Source of the DNA: Fibrobacterota bacterium | GTDB taxonomy: Bacteria > Fibrobacterota > Fibrobacteria > UBA11236 | Reading direction: 5' to 3' | DNA: 46,792 nt | Assembly: GCA_043753995.1 (NCBI GenBank) | Contig: JAYUVP010000279.1 | Location: 1 to 46,792 of the forward strand | Part shown: piece after piece, positions 16,179 through 26,218 of the stretch | How the letters are laid out: the number at the start of each line of letters is the position of its first letter | How positions within the stretch are numbered: the stretch's first letter is position 1 | Made by a program: the position numbers and the translations under genes | Notes under the pieces: model-generated | What the model was told of the DNA's origin: nothing | The model's input: the letters and a program-made list of their open reading frames with translations, nothing else | The model's database searches: none

Positions 16179-18830
16179 ATGAATGCCGCCCAACGCGCCT
16201 TGAATGTCTTTCGTGAACAGGTGGCCGTGAAATACCAGCTCTATAACGGCCTCTTCCTGACCTTGCCTTTTGAGGGTTTGGACGACACCGGAGTTCAGCT
16301 CCCCATTTTCACGCGCTTCTGCGGCGAGAAATTGGCCGAAGGCCATTCCCCGCTGGAAATCGTGCAAGCCTATTTCCGCCAGCGCAAGCATTTGCGCGAT
16401 CCTGAAGCGAAGCTAAAGCATCTCTTTCAATTTCTTCAGTTGGTCGAGCGACAAGTCGTTCTTTTCGATGCCCTCGAAGACGCCGCCTTCGCCAAGATCA
16501 ATGATGTTGAAGGCCCCGGGACTTTAGTGCATTTGGCTCATCGCGTGGCGGATCAAGGCAAGGGATCTGAATTGCTCAAATCGCTGGGCGATGCCAAGGT
16601 GCGGATTGTCCTCACAGCCCATCCTACCCAATTTTATCCCGACACCATACTCGGCATCCTTTCGGATCTCAGTCGCGCGGTAGCGGCAGATCGCCTTGGC
16701 GAAATACGCGATTTGCTTTTGCAAATGGGCCAAACTCGCTTTCAAAATCGCCGTAAGCCGACGCCCTTGGAAGAAGCCACGAGCTTGCTGTGGTTTCTCG
16801 AAAATGTTTTTTATCCCACCTTGCCCGAAATTCAAGCCCGACTTGTTTCGACCCTGCCCGGCGGCGGCGATCCTTTCGCTATTCCGGCTAAGGTCGAATT
16901 GGGCTTTTGGCCCGGCGGCGATCGCGACGGAAATCCCTTTGTCACGGCGGCTGTGACCTTGGAAGTTTCACGCCGGTTGCATGAGGCCATTCTTCGGCTT
17001 TATCTCGAAGACTTGCGGCAATTGCGCCGTCGCCTTACCTTCGACGGGGTGGCGCAGCCCTTGGCCATGGTTTTCAAGCGCGTCCGATCCACCTTGCGCG
17101 AACGGCAAAATGAGTCCGGTCGCGATGAAAACGGCGAAGAGCCCTATGCCGACCCACGTGAACTGCTGGACGAATTGCGTATTCTCCGTAATGCCCTGAT
17201 TGAAAAGCATGCCGGACTCTATTTGCCGCAACTCGACGCCTTCATTCACAAGGTGCAGACTTTCGGCTTTCATTTCGCATCTATGGATGTGAGGCAGGAC
17301 AGCCGTATTCATGCCAAATGCCTTGCCGAATTGATGGCCGCTCCTGGTGCCATGACTCCCGGCGCCGAAGCAGAAGCGGCCTTAGGCTATGCCGATTTAT
17401 CTGAGACGGCCCAAGGGCATTTACTTGAAAAGCTTTTGGGCCAGGATGTCCTGCGCTCGCTTGGCGATTGGCAAGGCTTGGATGGTTTAACGCGTGACAC
17501 CGTGGAGACCTTGGTCGCCATCCGCAATATCCAATCACGTCAAGGCGAAAAAGCCTTGCACCGCTATGTCATCAGCAATGCCGGCTCGACCGCCGATGTT
17601 TTAGGCGTGCTTGCTCTTTCCCGCTTTGCGGGTTGGAAAGCCGACAAATTGCAGCTCGACATCGTGCCTTTATTCGAGACCATTGAAGATTTGCATCATG
17701 CGCAAAAAGTCTTGCAGCAGCTTTATACCTCGCCTGTTTATTCGGCTCACCTGAAGCGACGCGGCATGGTGCAAACCATCATGCTGGGTTTTTCGGACGG
17801 CACCAAGGACGGGGGTTATATCACCGCCAACTGGGCCATTTATCAAGCCAAGCAAAAGCTGACCGCGCTTTCGAGGCAATATGGCGTGCGCATTGTCTTT
17901 TTCGATGGACGCGGCGGCCCTCCTTCGCGCGGCGGAGGCAATACCCACAAGTTTTATCGCTCCCTCGGCTCGGATATCGCCAACGAAGAAATTCAGTTGA
18001 CCATACAAGGGCAAACCGTCAGTTCGAATTTCGGCACTCGCGATGCCGCGCGCTACAATGTCGAGCAATTGCTCACGGCATGCCTGGAAAGCCGCATTTT
18101 CACGCCGGAGCAAGTCGATTTGGATGAAAGCGGGGTGCGTTTCCTCGAACGCCTTTCCAAGATAAGCCTGGCTTCGTACCGGCAATTGCGCGAAGATCCG
18201 CTTTTCCTGCCTTATCTCGAAGAAATGACTCCACTGGCCTATTATGGCCAGCTCAATATTGCCAGCCGCCCTACGCGACGAAAATCACAAAGCCTCCGCT
18301 TCGAGGATTTACGCGCCATTCCATTTGTCGGGGCATGGAGTCAGATGAAGCAAAACATTCCCGGCTTTTATGGGGTGGGCGAAGGTTTTCGCAAGTTGGC
18401 AGGCCAAGGCCAAAAGCGCAAGCTCGAAGAGCTTTATCAACGATCCTTGTTTTTCCGCACCATGGTCGAGAATGCCATGATGAGTCTTTCGAAAAGCTTT
18501 TTCCCTTTGACGCAATACCTGGAAAAAGACAAGCGTTTCGGCAAACTCTGGCGGCGCATTTTTAAAGAGGCTACGCTTTCCAAAGAAATGTTGAAGGCTG
18601 TCACAGGTCAGCAAAAACTCATGGAAACCACACCGGCCGTGCGCGAGTCCATCCACATGCGAGAGAAAATCGTCTTGCCGGTTCTGGTCATCCAGCAATG
18701 GGCCTTGCTTCAGCTCAAGCATGCGCGCAAAGATTCTTCCGGCCATCCTACCTATGCCAAAGAAGCCCTGGAGAAACTGGTGGTGAAAAGCATGGGTGCC
18801 ATCATCAATGCGGGCCGTAATTCCGCTTAG
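16179..18830 (+). CDS. ppc: Phosphoenolpyruvate carboxylase
   Basis: [60 protein letters not shown]-terminus; ATG 16179 preceded by AAGGA. Confidence 0.95.
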   Translation: MNAAQRALNVFREQVAVKYQLYNGLFLTLPFEGLDDTGVQLPIFTRFCGEKLAEGHSPLEIVQAYFRQRKHLRDPEAKLKHLFQFLQLVERQVVLFDALEDAAFAKINDVEGPGTLVHLAHRVADQGKGSELLKSLGDAKVRIVLTAHPTQFYPDTILGILSDLSRAVAADRLGEIRDLLLQMGQTRFQNRRKPTPLEEATSLLWFLENVFYPTLPEIQARLVSTLPGGGDPFAIPAKVELGFWPGGDRDGNPFVTAAVTLEVSRRLHEAILRLYLEDLRQLRRRLTFDGVAQPLAMVFKRVRSTLRERQNESGRDENGEEPYADPRELLDELRILRNALIEKHAGLYLPQLDAFIHKVQTFGFHFASMDVRQDSRIHAKCLAELMAAPGAMTPGAEAEAALGYADLSETAQGHLLEKLLGQDVLRSLGDWQGLDGLTRDTVETLVAIRNIQSRQGEKALHRYVISNAGSTADVLGVLALSRFAGWKADKLQLDIVPLFETIEDLHHAQKVLQQLYTSPVYSAHLKRRGMVQTIMLGFSDGTKDGGYITANWAIYQAKQKLTALSRQYGVRIVFFDGRGGPPSRGGGNTHKFYRSLGSDIANEEIQLTIQGQTVSSNFGTRDAARYNVEQLLTACLESRIFTPEQVDLDESGVRFLERLSKISLASYRQLREDPLFLPYLEEMTPLAYYGQLNIASRPTRRKSQSLRFEDLRAIPFVGAWSQMKQNIPGFYGVGEGFRKLAGQGQKRKLEELYQRSLFFRTMVENAMMSLSKSFFPLTQYLEKDKRFGKLWRRIFKEATLSKEMLKAVTGQQKLMETTPAVRESIHMREKIVLPVLVIQQWALLQLKHARKDSSGHPTYAKEALEKLVVKSMGAIINAGRNSA

Positions 18831-18847
18831 TCCCAAAGGGTGAATAC

Positions 18848-20461
18848 ATGCCAGCTTTCCAACCCATCATTCAATTCCCCCTCGGACCCGACAAGACGAC
18901 TTATCGTCTTGTCACCCGCGATCACGTGCGAGTCGAAAGCTTTCAGGGCAAACCGGTTCTCATGGTCGCCCGCGAGGGTTTGCGTCTATTGGCCTATGAA
19001 GCCATGCGCGATGTGAACTTTCTTTTGCGCAGCAATCATCTCGCTCAATTGCGGCGCATCATAGACGATCCCGAAGCAAGCGACAATGATCGCTTCGTCG
19101 CCATGAACCTTCTGCAAAATGCGGTCGTGGCCGTGCAAGGGGAATTGCCTTCTTGCCAGGATACGGGCACCGCCATAGTCATGGCGAAAAAAGGTCAGCA
19201 GGTTTGGGTCGACGGCAATGACGAAGACGCGCTCGCCGAGGGAATTTTCGACACCTATCAAAAGCACAATTTGCGCTATTCACAAATGGCCCCGCTTAGC
19301 CTTTTCGAGGAAAAAAACACGGGCAACAATTTGCCTGCGCAAATCGACATCGCCGGCGTGCCTGGTGATGCTTACAAGTTTCTCTTTCTGGCCAAGGGCG
19401 GCGGATCCGCGAATAAGACCTTCTTATTCCAAGAGACCAAGTCCCTATTGAATGAAGCGTCCTTGCTGAAATTCCTGCAAGAAAAACTTTTCAAGCTCGG
19501 CACCGCAGCTTGTCCGCCTTATCACTTAGTCATCGTCATCGGTGGCACCTCGGCCGAAGCCACCTTGAAAACCGTGAAGCTCGCCTCGGCGGGCTATTAC
19601 GACGAATTGCCGCGCGAGGGCAATGCCCTGGGGCAGGCCTTTCGCGATGAAGAATGGGAAGAGCGCGTGCGCCAACTCGCCCAGCAAACCGGCATCGGCG
19701 CCCAATTCGGTGGCAAATACCTCGTGCATGACGTGCGCGTGATACGCCTGCCCCGCCATGCCGCCAGTTGCCCGGTCGGCATTGGGGTTTCATGCAGCGC
19801 CGATCGCAATATCAAAGCGAAAATCACCGCCGAAGGGATTTTCGTTGAGCAGATGGAAGCCCATCCCGAGCAATACCTGCCCAGCCCCGATGCGGTGAAG
19901 CAAAGTGCACCGGTGGAAATCGATCTCAATCAGCCCATGGACAGGTTGCGGCAAGAGCTTTCCCGCTATCCCATCAAGACGCGCCTTTCGCTCACCGGTC
20001 CCTTGATCGTGGCGCGCGACGTGGCCCATGCGCGACTTTTGCAAATGCTGGATGCCGGCGAGGCCATGCCGACTTGGTTCAAGAATCACCCCATTTATTA
20101 TGCCGGCCCCGCCAAGACGCCACAGGGCGCGCCTTCCGGCAGTTTCGGCCCAACCACCGCTGGACGCATGGATGTTTATGTGCAACGATTCATGAGCGAA
20201 GGCGGCTCCTTGGTCATGTTGGCCAAGGGCAATCGCAGTGGCCAGGTGCGCGATGCCTGCAAAGCTTTCGGTGGATTTTATTTAGGCAGCATAGGCGGCC
20301 CCGCCGCCATTTTAGCCAAGGAAAACATCCTCAAGGTGGAAACCGTCGCCTTCGAAGACTTGGGCATGGAAGCGGTGCGCCGCATCGAAGTGAAAAACTT
20401 TCCCGCCTTCATCGTGATGGATGACAAAGGCAATGACTTTTTCGAGAATATCAAAGAATAA
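18848..20461 (+). CDS. fumA: Class I fumarate hydratase
   Basis: [59 protein letters not shown]. Confidence 0.93.
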   Translation: MPAFQPIIQFPLGPDKTTYRLVTRDHVRVESFQGKPVLMVAREGLRLLAYEAMRDVNFLLRSNHLAQLRRIIDDPEASDNDRFVAMNLLQNAVVAVQGELPSCQDTGTAIVMAKKGQQVWVDGNDEDALAEGIFDTYQKHNLRYSQMAPLSLFEEKNTGNNLPAQIDIAGVPGDAYKFLFLAKGGGSANKTFLFQETKSLLNEASLLKFLQEKLFKLGTAACPPYHLVIVIGGTSAEATLKTVKLASAGYYDELPREGNALGQAFRDEEWEERVRQLAQQTGIGAQFGGKYLVHDVRVIRLPRHAASCPVGIGVSCSADRNIKAKITAEGIFVEQMEAHPEQYLPSPDAVKQSAPVEIDLNQPMDRLRQELSRYPIKTRLSLTGPLIVARDVAHARLLQMLDAGEAMPTWFKNHPIYYAGPAKTPQGAPSGSFGPTTAGRMDVYVQRFMSEGGSLVMLAKGNRSGQVRDACKAFGGFYLGSIGGPAAILAKENILKVETVAFEDLGMEAVRRIEVKNFPAFIVMDDKGNDFFENIKE

Positions 20462-20488
20462 AAGGCGCGCCTCGTAAGAAAGGGTCTC

Positions 20489-21058
20489 ATGCTCAAAATC
20501 GGTTTGGTCATTGCCTCGGCGGGAGGACCGGCGCGTATGCCGGCCTTATTCGCCGATGGTTTTCCCGAAGACGCCGCTTGGCTTATCTTGCAGCGCCATG
20601 CCGATTCGGCCTCTCTGATCCGGCTTGCCGAGGCCCTCGAAGAAATGACCGGCCGCAAGGTCAGCGTCGCCCGTGGCCCACAAGCCTTGCATGGGGGAGA
20701 CGTTTTGGTTTTGCCTTCCGATTGCGAATACACCTTCGCTGGCAATCGTCTTCAGCCCCAAACCGACAAAGGCTCCTTGCAACTCGATCGCTTTTTGATC
20801 TCTTTGGCCGACGCAAAAGCCGCCTTGGCTTGCTTGCTCTTGACCGGCCCGGCTCTAGAAGCTCAAGGGGCCGCCGGCTTGAAAGCCTTGGGTCGGGTGG
20901 GGGCCCATCTCTATGCTCTGTGCGGCCTTCCACAGCCCGCCCAGGGGGCTATCGATCAAGCCTTGGCCTCAGGCCTAGTCAGTGAGCAGCTGGCCCTGCA
21001 AGGCGCCCTGGCCCAGGTCAAATTCCGGCGCCATAGCCCGGAAGCCGTCTCGCGCTGA
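20489..21058 (+). CDS. Stand-alone, degenerate CheB methylesterase-like domain protein
   Basis: IASAGG, LQRH, LDRFLISLA, LLLTG...QGAAGLKAL follow the CheB domain order; no REC domain. Confidence 0.65.
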   Translation: MLKIGLVIASAGGPARMPALFADGFPEDAAWLILQRHADSASLIRLAEALEEMTGRKVSVARGPQALHGGDVLVLPSDCEYTFAGNRLQPQTDKGSLQLDRFLISLADAKAALACLLLTGPALEAQGAAGLKALGRVGAHLYALCGLPQPAQGAIDQALASGLVSEQLALQGALAQVKFRRHSPEAVSR

Positions 21059-21078
21059 ATGCGTTTTTGGGGATAAAT

Positions 21079-21108
21079 GAAAAAAGCCCCCGAAAGCGAG
21101 GGCTTTTC
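21079..21108. terminator. Bidirectional intrinsic terminator
   Basis: GAAAAAAGCCC-ccgaaagcga-GGGCTTTTC between convergent genes; T6 tract on the minus strand. Confidence 0.8.
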
Positions 21109-21178
21109 ACAAAAACGATTTTGATTTGCTGTCCTCCGCGGGCCGCGAAACGCCACGGCCGCAGGCGGCATCTCTCGT

Positions 21179-21559
21179 TTAAGCCACGCGGGCTAGGCTG
21201 CGTTCTTTCTTCTTATACATCCGCACGAAGTTGGCGCGGCGGAAGTCATTGCGATGTTCGATGCAATAACGCGGATAAACGAATTGCTTCGGGAAGACCT
21301 TGACGATATAGGTCTGCTCACAACCTTCCAGGCAGCAGAGAAAATTGAGATCGAGAACTTCGGTGTAATTGTGTTTGAACACCATGTTCTTGACGTCGAC
21401 GCTCTCAAACTCTTTCTTGTGCTTGGCGCGCTGCTTGATATCGCGATGCAATTCGCAATACTTCGCGATGGGGTGACCCCAAAATTCACGACCGCAACCA
21501 GGCTCTTGGCAAACCTTGAGTTTTATGCGCTTTTTCTTTTTGTACTTGGGCAGCTGCAT
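21179..21559 (-). CDS. Basic protein with two CxxxGC...YCxxHR putative zinc fingers
   Basis: CQEPGC-x12-CELHR and CLEGC...YCIEHR; KYKKKKR N-terminus; AGAAGGA upstream of the ATG. Confidence 0.85.
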   Translation of the reverse strand: MQLPKYKKKKRIKLKVCQEPGCGREFWGHPIAKYCELHRDIKQRAKHKKEFESVDVKNMVFKHNYTEVLDLNFLCCLEGCEQTYIVKVFPKQFVYPRYCIEHRNDFRRANFVRMYKKKERSLARVA

Positions 21560-21668
21560 TTTGCGGTTCCTTCTACGGTTCGATGCGATGGCATCTGGCG
21601 ACCATCATCCATCACCTAGCCTCGATAAGATACGAGGAAAGGCACGGAACGTCCCGTGACCAGCGGGA

Positions 21669-21696
21669 AAGATAGCTGGATATCAAGTCTTGTCAA
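21669..21696 (-). promoter_or_regulatory. Putative promoter of the zinc-finger gene
   Basis: Minus strand TTGACA-N16-TATCTT. Confidence 0.55.
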
Positions 21697-21811
21697 GTCG
21701 ACTTTTTTCCTAGTTAGCGCGCAGGTTACCTTGGCCGCTAGAGCTTTTAGGTGGAGATGCGGATTTTTCTCTGAAAATCGCAGTTTGTTGCCCCAAGAAA
21801 CCCTTGCCGGG

Positions 21812-21820
21812 TGGTATACT
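21812..21820 (+). promoter_or_regulatory. Extended -10 element upstream of the S41 peptidase
   Basis: TGnTATACT, 6 nt before an in-frame GTG at 21827. Confidence 0.45.
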
Positions 21821-21826
21821 AGGCCG

Positions 21827-23344
21827 GTGGTTTTTCTAACTGAGATTTGCGCAAAAAGATCGACCTTTGCGGTCTTTGCTTTTATTGGGGCCGCGATATA
21901 CAGCGGTTGCTTTTTTGAATCGAGCCAACCCAAGCTTATCCATTCCGTCGGCTTCGCCCAAAATAGCGTTTTGCTTGACTCCATCACCTCTCGCGGGACG
22001 GTGGACAGCGCGGTGCGCCTCTTTTTGCCGGTATTCGACCCCGCGCTGGATCCAGAGGCGAAAAGCGCACTGCAAACCTATCCCTCGACCAAGGTGGTCG
22101 ATCATATCAGTCAAAAAATCATTCAATATACCGTGACCAGCCAGCGCTTCGGCACCTGGAGCCCCGAGCTGGAATTCCAATGGAACCTTTTTCAATTGCG
22201 TACCGGTTTTTTCTTCCCCCAGTGGTTGCCCGATACCGCGGGTTTAGGCGGGACCACCCAAGCCCTTTATCATGAGGTTGGCAAGTACGATCGATTCACG
22301 CGTTATGTCGACAGTAGTGGCGCGGCGGCCGAGCGCCAGCGCATTTTGACCACCCGTGCGGCGGCCATGGGTTTACGCTTGCAGCTCGACACGACAGGAG
22401 ACACGATTTTAATTCGCCAAGCCGTAGTCGACGGGCCCGCCTGGCGCGAAGGTGTGCGCACGGGAATGCGCATTCTCGCGGTGGACGACAGTTCCGTGGT
22501 GGGTGATTCGGCCTTGGTCCGCTTCACCCAATGGACCCGAGGCGATTCCGGGACAAGGGTGAAGCTCATAACATCGAGCACCTCTGGCCGTGACACTTTT
22601 TCCGTGGTGAAAGAGCCGGTGAATTTTCCCTCGGTCATGCTGGATTCCTTGGGTGGAATACCCATCATCAGCCTTTTTGTCTTCGCCGATTCGACCTTGA
22701 ATCACCAAACTTCGCTCACCGAATTCCAAGACGCTTTGCGTGCGACCAAGAAATACCCTGCCTTGGTACTCGACTTGCGAGATAACCCGGGCGGTTCGCT
22801 CTTTCAGGCGGTGGAAATCGCTGACGAATTTCTCGAGGAAGGAACTCTTATCATCAACCAGCAGCAGCGTAACTATGACATGAGCAAGCATGTTCCGCTG
22901 GTATGGTCCACCGATGTTTATGCCTCCAATGGCGGTTACGGGGAAGGCCGCAAAGTGGTGATACTCGCCGATTCCGGCACTGCCAGCGCCTCAGAAATTC
23001 TTTATGTGGCCATTCGCGATGGTTTATCGGCTCCGACCGTGGGAGTCCACACCTATGGCAAGGGCATTGGACAAGTGGTCATGACCACGCCAGGCAGCGG
23101 ATTATCCCTCATTACTCACCTCAAATTTCTTGCGCCCAAAGGGGAAGATTATCACGGCAAGGGCTTGTTTCCTTCCCTGCCCGATACCGGGACGGGTGCC
23201 CAACAATTGCTTACTGCGGTGAAGGTCGCCCAGAAAATGGTTGCAGGCAAGCCATTGACCAAGGCCGGCGCCGACACCTCCACAACCTTGCGTAGAGACG
23301 CCGAAACTTATGAGGCGAATCGTCGCGAACGCCTATGGCAGTGA
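21827..23344 (+). CDS. S41 family C-terminal processing peptidase with PDZ domain, lipoprotein
   Basis: DRFTRY, GLRL...GPA PDZ segment, LDLRDNPGG, TASASEI (catalytic Ser), TYGKG (Lys); lipobox YSGC; start uncertain (ORF open from 21656). Confidence 0.88.
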   Translation: MVFLTEICAKRSTFAVFAFIGAAIYSGCFFESSQPKLIHSVGFAQNSVLLDSITSRGTVDSAVRLFLPVFDPALDPEAKSALQTYPSTKVVDHISQKIIQYTVTSQRFGTWSPELEFQWNLFQLRTGFFFPQWLPDTAGLGGTTQALYHEVGKYDRFTRYVDSSGAAAERQRILTTRAAAMGLRLQLDTTGDTILIRQAVVDGPAWREGVRTGMRILAVDDSSVVGDSALVRFTQWTRGDSGTRVKLITSSTSGRDTFSVVKEPVNFPSVMLDSLGGIPIISLFVFADSTLNHQTSLTEFQDALRATKKYPALVLDLRDNPGGSLFQAVEIADEFLEEGTLIINQQQRNYDMSKHVPLVWSTDVYASNGGYGEGRKVVILADSGTASASEILYVAIRDGLSAPTVGVHTYGKGIGQVVMTTPGSGLSLITHLKFLAPKGEDYHGKGLFPSLPDTGTGAQQLLTAVKVAQKMVAGKPLTKAGADTSTTLRRDAETYEANRRERLWQ

Positions 23345-23368
23345 CGCATTGCCGAAGCAAGGACCTAT

Positions 23369-24547
23369 TCAGGAACGTGACTTGAAAAATTCGTCGAGTA
23401 GGGCAGCGAGCACTTTCAGTGCGGGCTCGAAGGCGGCATCATTGAAGTCATAGCGCGGATTATGCAATAGCCCTTGGGCATCGCCGACGCCCAGCCAGAA
23501 ATAAGCCCCGGGCACTTTTTCCAAGTAATAAGAAAAATCCTCGCCACCCATGCTGGGAGGGATTTCGCGCAAGGCGTCGACGCCCAAAGCGCGTTGTGCG
23601 GCTTGACGAACCAAGGCCGCCATGGACGGATGATTCACGGTTGCAGGTGTTCCTTCAATCCACTCCAAAGTGCCGATCACGCCTAAGGCCGAAGCCATTT
23701 GAGTTACAAGGTTTTCTAGGCCTTCGCGCAGAGCTTGCCTCACGCTCGCGTCCAAGGCCCGCACCGTACCTCGCATGCGGCATTGGCTTGGGATCACGTT
23801 ATAGGTTTTGCCGGCTTCGATATTGGCGAAAGTGATGACGCCGGCGGAAAGCGGGGCGATGCGACGGCTCACTAGAGTTTGTGCCGCGGTGATGAGATGT
23901 GCCGCCGCCACTACGGGATCGGCACCCTGATGGGGCATGGCACCATGAGCGCCTCGACCCGTGAGGACAATGTCGAAATTGTCCACCGAGGCCATGACAC
24001 TGGTATCGTGAACGGCAATGGTTCCGGAAGGAATTTCCGGCCAACCATGCAATCCGAACATGGCTTCAATCTTGGGGATTCCGGAAAATAGGCCAGCCTC
24101 AATGAGTTGAGGCGCTCCCTGCCCGGATTCTTCGGCAGGCTGAAAAACCAAGGCGATATCGTAGGGATAAGCCTTGCCCTGGCGCGCCAGCCATTTGGCC
24201 AGGCCTACCAATAAGGCGGCATGCCCATCATGTCCACAGGCATGCATGATGCCCTGACGGCGAGAAGCCCAGGGCTTGCCTGATTGTTCTTGCAAGGGCA
24301 AGGCATCGAGATCAGCGCGAATGGCGACAGCCTTGCTTCGATCGAGGCCGGGCCATAGGGCTATTAAGCCTTGATGCCCGGCGAAGGTTCGCGGCTCGAA
24401 TCCTTCCTGTCGCAATTCCAAAGAAACCGCCGCTGAAGTGTCATGCTCTTCCCCTGAGAGTTCGGGAGCCGCATGCAAGCGATGGCGGAATTCGGTGATT
24501 TCGGCGATAATGCGGGGAAGGTCAGATTTAATCGTAGTGGGACTCAT
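23369..24547 (-). CDS. M20 family amidohydrolase (hippuricase-like)
   Basis: RHRLHAAPELSGEE, IRADLDALP, MHACGHDGH, FQPAEE, GEDFSYY, LHNP; ATGA overlap with the M23 gene. Confidence 0.92.
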   Translation of the reverse strand: MSPTTIKSDLPRIIAEITEFRHRLHAAPELSGEEHDTSAAVSLELRQEGFEPRTFAGHQGLIALWPGLDRSKAVAIRADLDALPLQEQSGKPWASRRQGIMHACGHDGHAALLVGLAKWLARQGKAYPYDIALVFQPAEESGQGAPQLIEAGLFSGIPKIEAMFGLHGWPEIPSGTIAVHDTSVMASVDNFDIVLTGRGAHGAMPHQGADPVVAAAHLITAAQTLVSRRIAPLSAGVITFANIEAGKTYNVIPSQCRMRGTVRALDASVRQALREGLENLVTQMASALGVIGTLEWIEGTPATVNHPSMAALVRQAAQRALGVDALREIPPSMGGEDFSYYLEKVPGAYFWLGVGDAQGLLHNPRYDFNDAAFEPALKVLAALLDEFFKSRS

Positions 24548-25446
24548 AGCCAATGCCCTCCCGGGTCGGCGGGAAATAGGAATTGCAGGGGATTGACTCT
24601 TTCGCCCTGCAAGCGCAATTCATAATGCAAATGCGGCCCTGTACTTTGCCCGCTTTCCCCCATTTGCCCCAAAATATCCCCGCGTTTCAGCCTTTGTCCC
24701 ATGCGCACGGAAGACGAGGCGAGATGGGCATAAAGGGTTTCCATTCCGGCGCGATGGCGAATTCGCACCGTTAGGCCCCAAACCGGATCCCGGGTGATGG
24801 CCGTAACCTCGCCCGCACCGGCGGCCACGATGGCTGTGCCTGGCTTATCGCTAAAATCAATACCGGGATGCAGGGATTTCTTCCCGGTAAAAGGATCGGG
24901 AGTGACGCCGAAGGGACGGGTGAACAAAGAGGTGCGCGGCACCGGCAAACCCGTTGGAAAGGTTTCGCTTTGATCCTTGGCATGGCGCAAAACCACCAGA
25001 GTGGAGTCATAAAAAAGAGCGATGTTTTTTGCCATGGCCAAGGAGGCCGAGGGATCATTAGCGGTAGGGTTCAGCCGATTAAAAAAATTCCATAAACCGC
25101 CGGCATCATTGGGGCTGGCTTGACCGGCCGTTTCCAAGCCCGTAGCAAGCAGGGCATCGTCCTTCAGGCCTTCCAATCTTTTCAGGCCTTTGCCGACTTC
25201 ATGGGCATCGCTTTCCAGGGCTTCGACGCGCTCTCGTAAGGCAGTGTTTTCTGAGCGCAATTTTCTGCGGGCCGTAGCCTTGTTTGGATCTTCGTGAAGC
25301 ATACCGGAAAGCAGCATCCAAAATCCGGCAAGGCTGAGTAGGAGGCAAATTCCAATCATTGCCAAACCAAAGCGTCGTGAAATCGTGATGACGCTGACCT
25401 TGGAGGCATTGGCGGGAAAAAAACTGACGCGGATCTTTTTGTCCAT
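24544..25446 (-). CDS. M23 family metallopeptidase with N-terminal TM and coiled coil
   Basis: HPGID (HxxxD), YAHL, STGPHLHYE, NP. Confidence 0.9.
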   Translation of the reverse strand: MDKKIRVSFFPANASKVSVITISRRFGLAMIGICLLLSLAGFWMLLSGMLHEDPNKATARRKLRSENTALRERVEALESDAHEVGKGLKRLEGLKDDALLATGLETAGQASPNDAGGLWNFFNRLNPTANDPSASLAMAKNIALFYDSTLVVLRHAKDQSETFPTGLPVPRTSLFTRPFGVTPDPFTGKKSLHPGIDFSDKPGTAIVAAGAGEVTAITRDPVWGLTVRIRHRAGMETLYAHLASSSVRMGQRLKRGDILGQMGESGQSTGPHLHYELRLQGERVNPLQFLFPADPGGHWL

Positions 25447-25451
25447 GGGGC

Positions 25452-25471
25452 TTAGGGCTCCGAAACCCTTA
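25452..25471 (-). repeat. Mini palindromic element, copy 2 (TAA-GGGTTTCGGAGCCC-TAA on minus)
   Basis: 18/20 match to 8849-8868; lies just upstream of the M23 start codon. Confidence 0.55.
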
Positions 25472-25545
25472 TCGCTTGCCTCTACGGCTTATAGGATTCA
25501 GGACATTTGGCCAAGGGCGAACGCGCAGAATCTGCGCTAGGGAGA

Positions 25546-25857
25546 TCAGGCGGCTTTGCGCTGCTGCATCTGAGCCAGCCGAGTCTCCAACTCGACTATA
25601 TCTTTTTTGGCCCGTTCGATATTGTGTTGCAATTCAGACACTCCGGGTCGCATGCCCAATTGACTAATAGCCTCTTCCAGCAAGGCCAAATGGGACTCCT
25701 TGCCAAGTTCGGTATAGGCTTGGTTGAGTTTGCGCCTTTCAGCCATCAAATCGAGCCGCAACTTACCGATGCGGGCCGCTTCTTCAATTTTGGTGGCCGA
25801 GGTATGGGCACCGGCAATGACGGTGCGTTTGAGCTTTTCGAGGAAACTATCGCTCAT
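25546..25857 (-). CDS. Small coiled-coil hypothetical protein
   Basis: ATG at 25857; heptad-rich helices (KLRLDLMAERRKLNQAYTELGK; LQHNIERAKKDIVELETRL). Confidence 0.75.
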   Translation of the reverse strand: MSDSFLEKLKRTVIAGAHTSATKIEEAARIGKLRLDLMAERRKLNQAYTELGKESHLALLEEAISQLGMRPGVSELQHNIERAKKDIVELETRLAQMQQRKAA

Positions 25858-25924
25858 GCTTAGGAATGATAGTAAAGGGCTTGGGAGGAAAGAAAAGGGG
25901 GGCCCCTGCCTCAAAGCGCCTTAA

Positions 25925-26143
25925 TCAAGGGGAGGGTGGAAGGTCTCCAGGCTCCTCCTCGGCCTCGCGTTCGGAGGTCAAGGTTTCGTCGATGATTTGT
26001 CGAAAGCTGGCTTCGATGAATTCGTAGATGTCGTCCTCTCTCGCCTTAGGGTCGTCTTTGAGCATTTCGTGAACACATAAAGCGGTGGAAATCATGATTT
26101 CCTTCACCAGCTCTTCCTCATACATTTTGACGGGGTCGGACAT
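25925..26143 (-). CDS. Small acidic hypothetical protein
   Basis: 72 aa with 21 D/E; TATAAT 9 nt upstream of the ATG. Confidence 0.7.
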   Translation of the reverse strand: MSDPVKMYEEELVKEIMISTALCVHEMLKDDPKAREDDIYEFIEASFRQIIDETLTSEREAEEEPGDLPPSP

Positions 26144-26218
26144 GTTGGCCAGATTATACGACGTCGATTTAGGCCCTTACAACCCGGGGCTTAGAGCTAT
26201 TTGTACTTTACGCCCTTC

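Noticed and set aside
21616..21987. 123-aa minus-strand ORF and the upstream extension of the S41 ORF from 21656
   Set aside because: They span the divergent promoter region and the S41 5' end and show no protein-like motifs.
23330..23390. Frameshift or readthrough at the S41 peptidase C-terminus
   Set aside because: The catalytic domain is complete before the stop and the convergent M20 gene ends 24 nt away.
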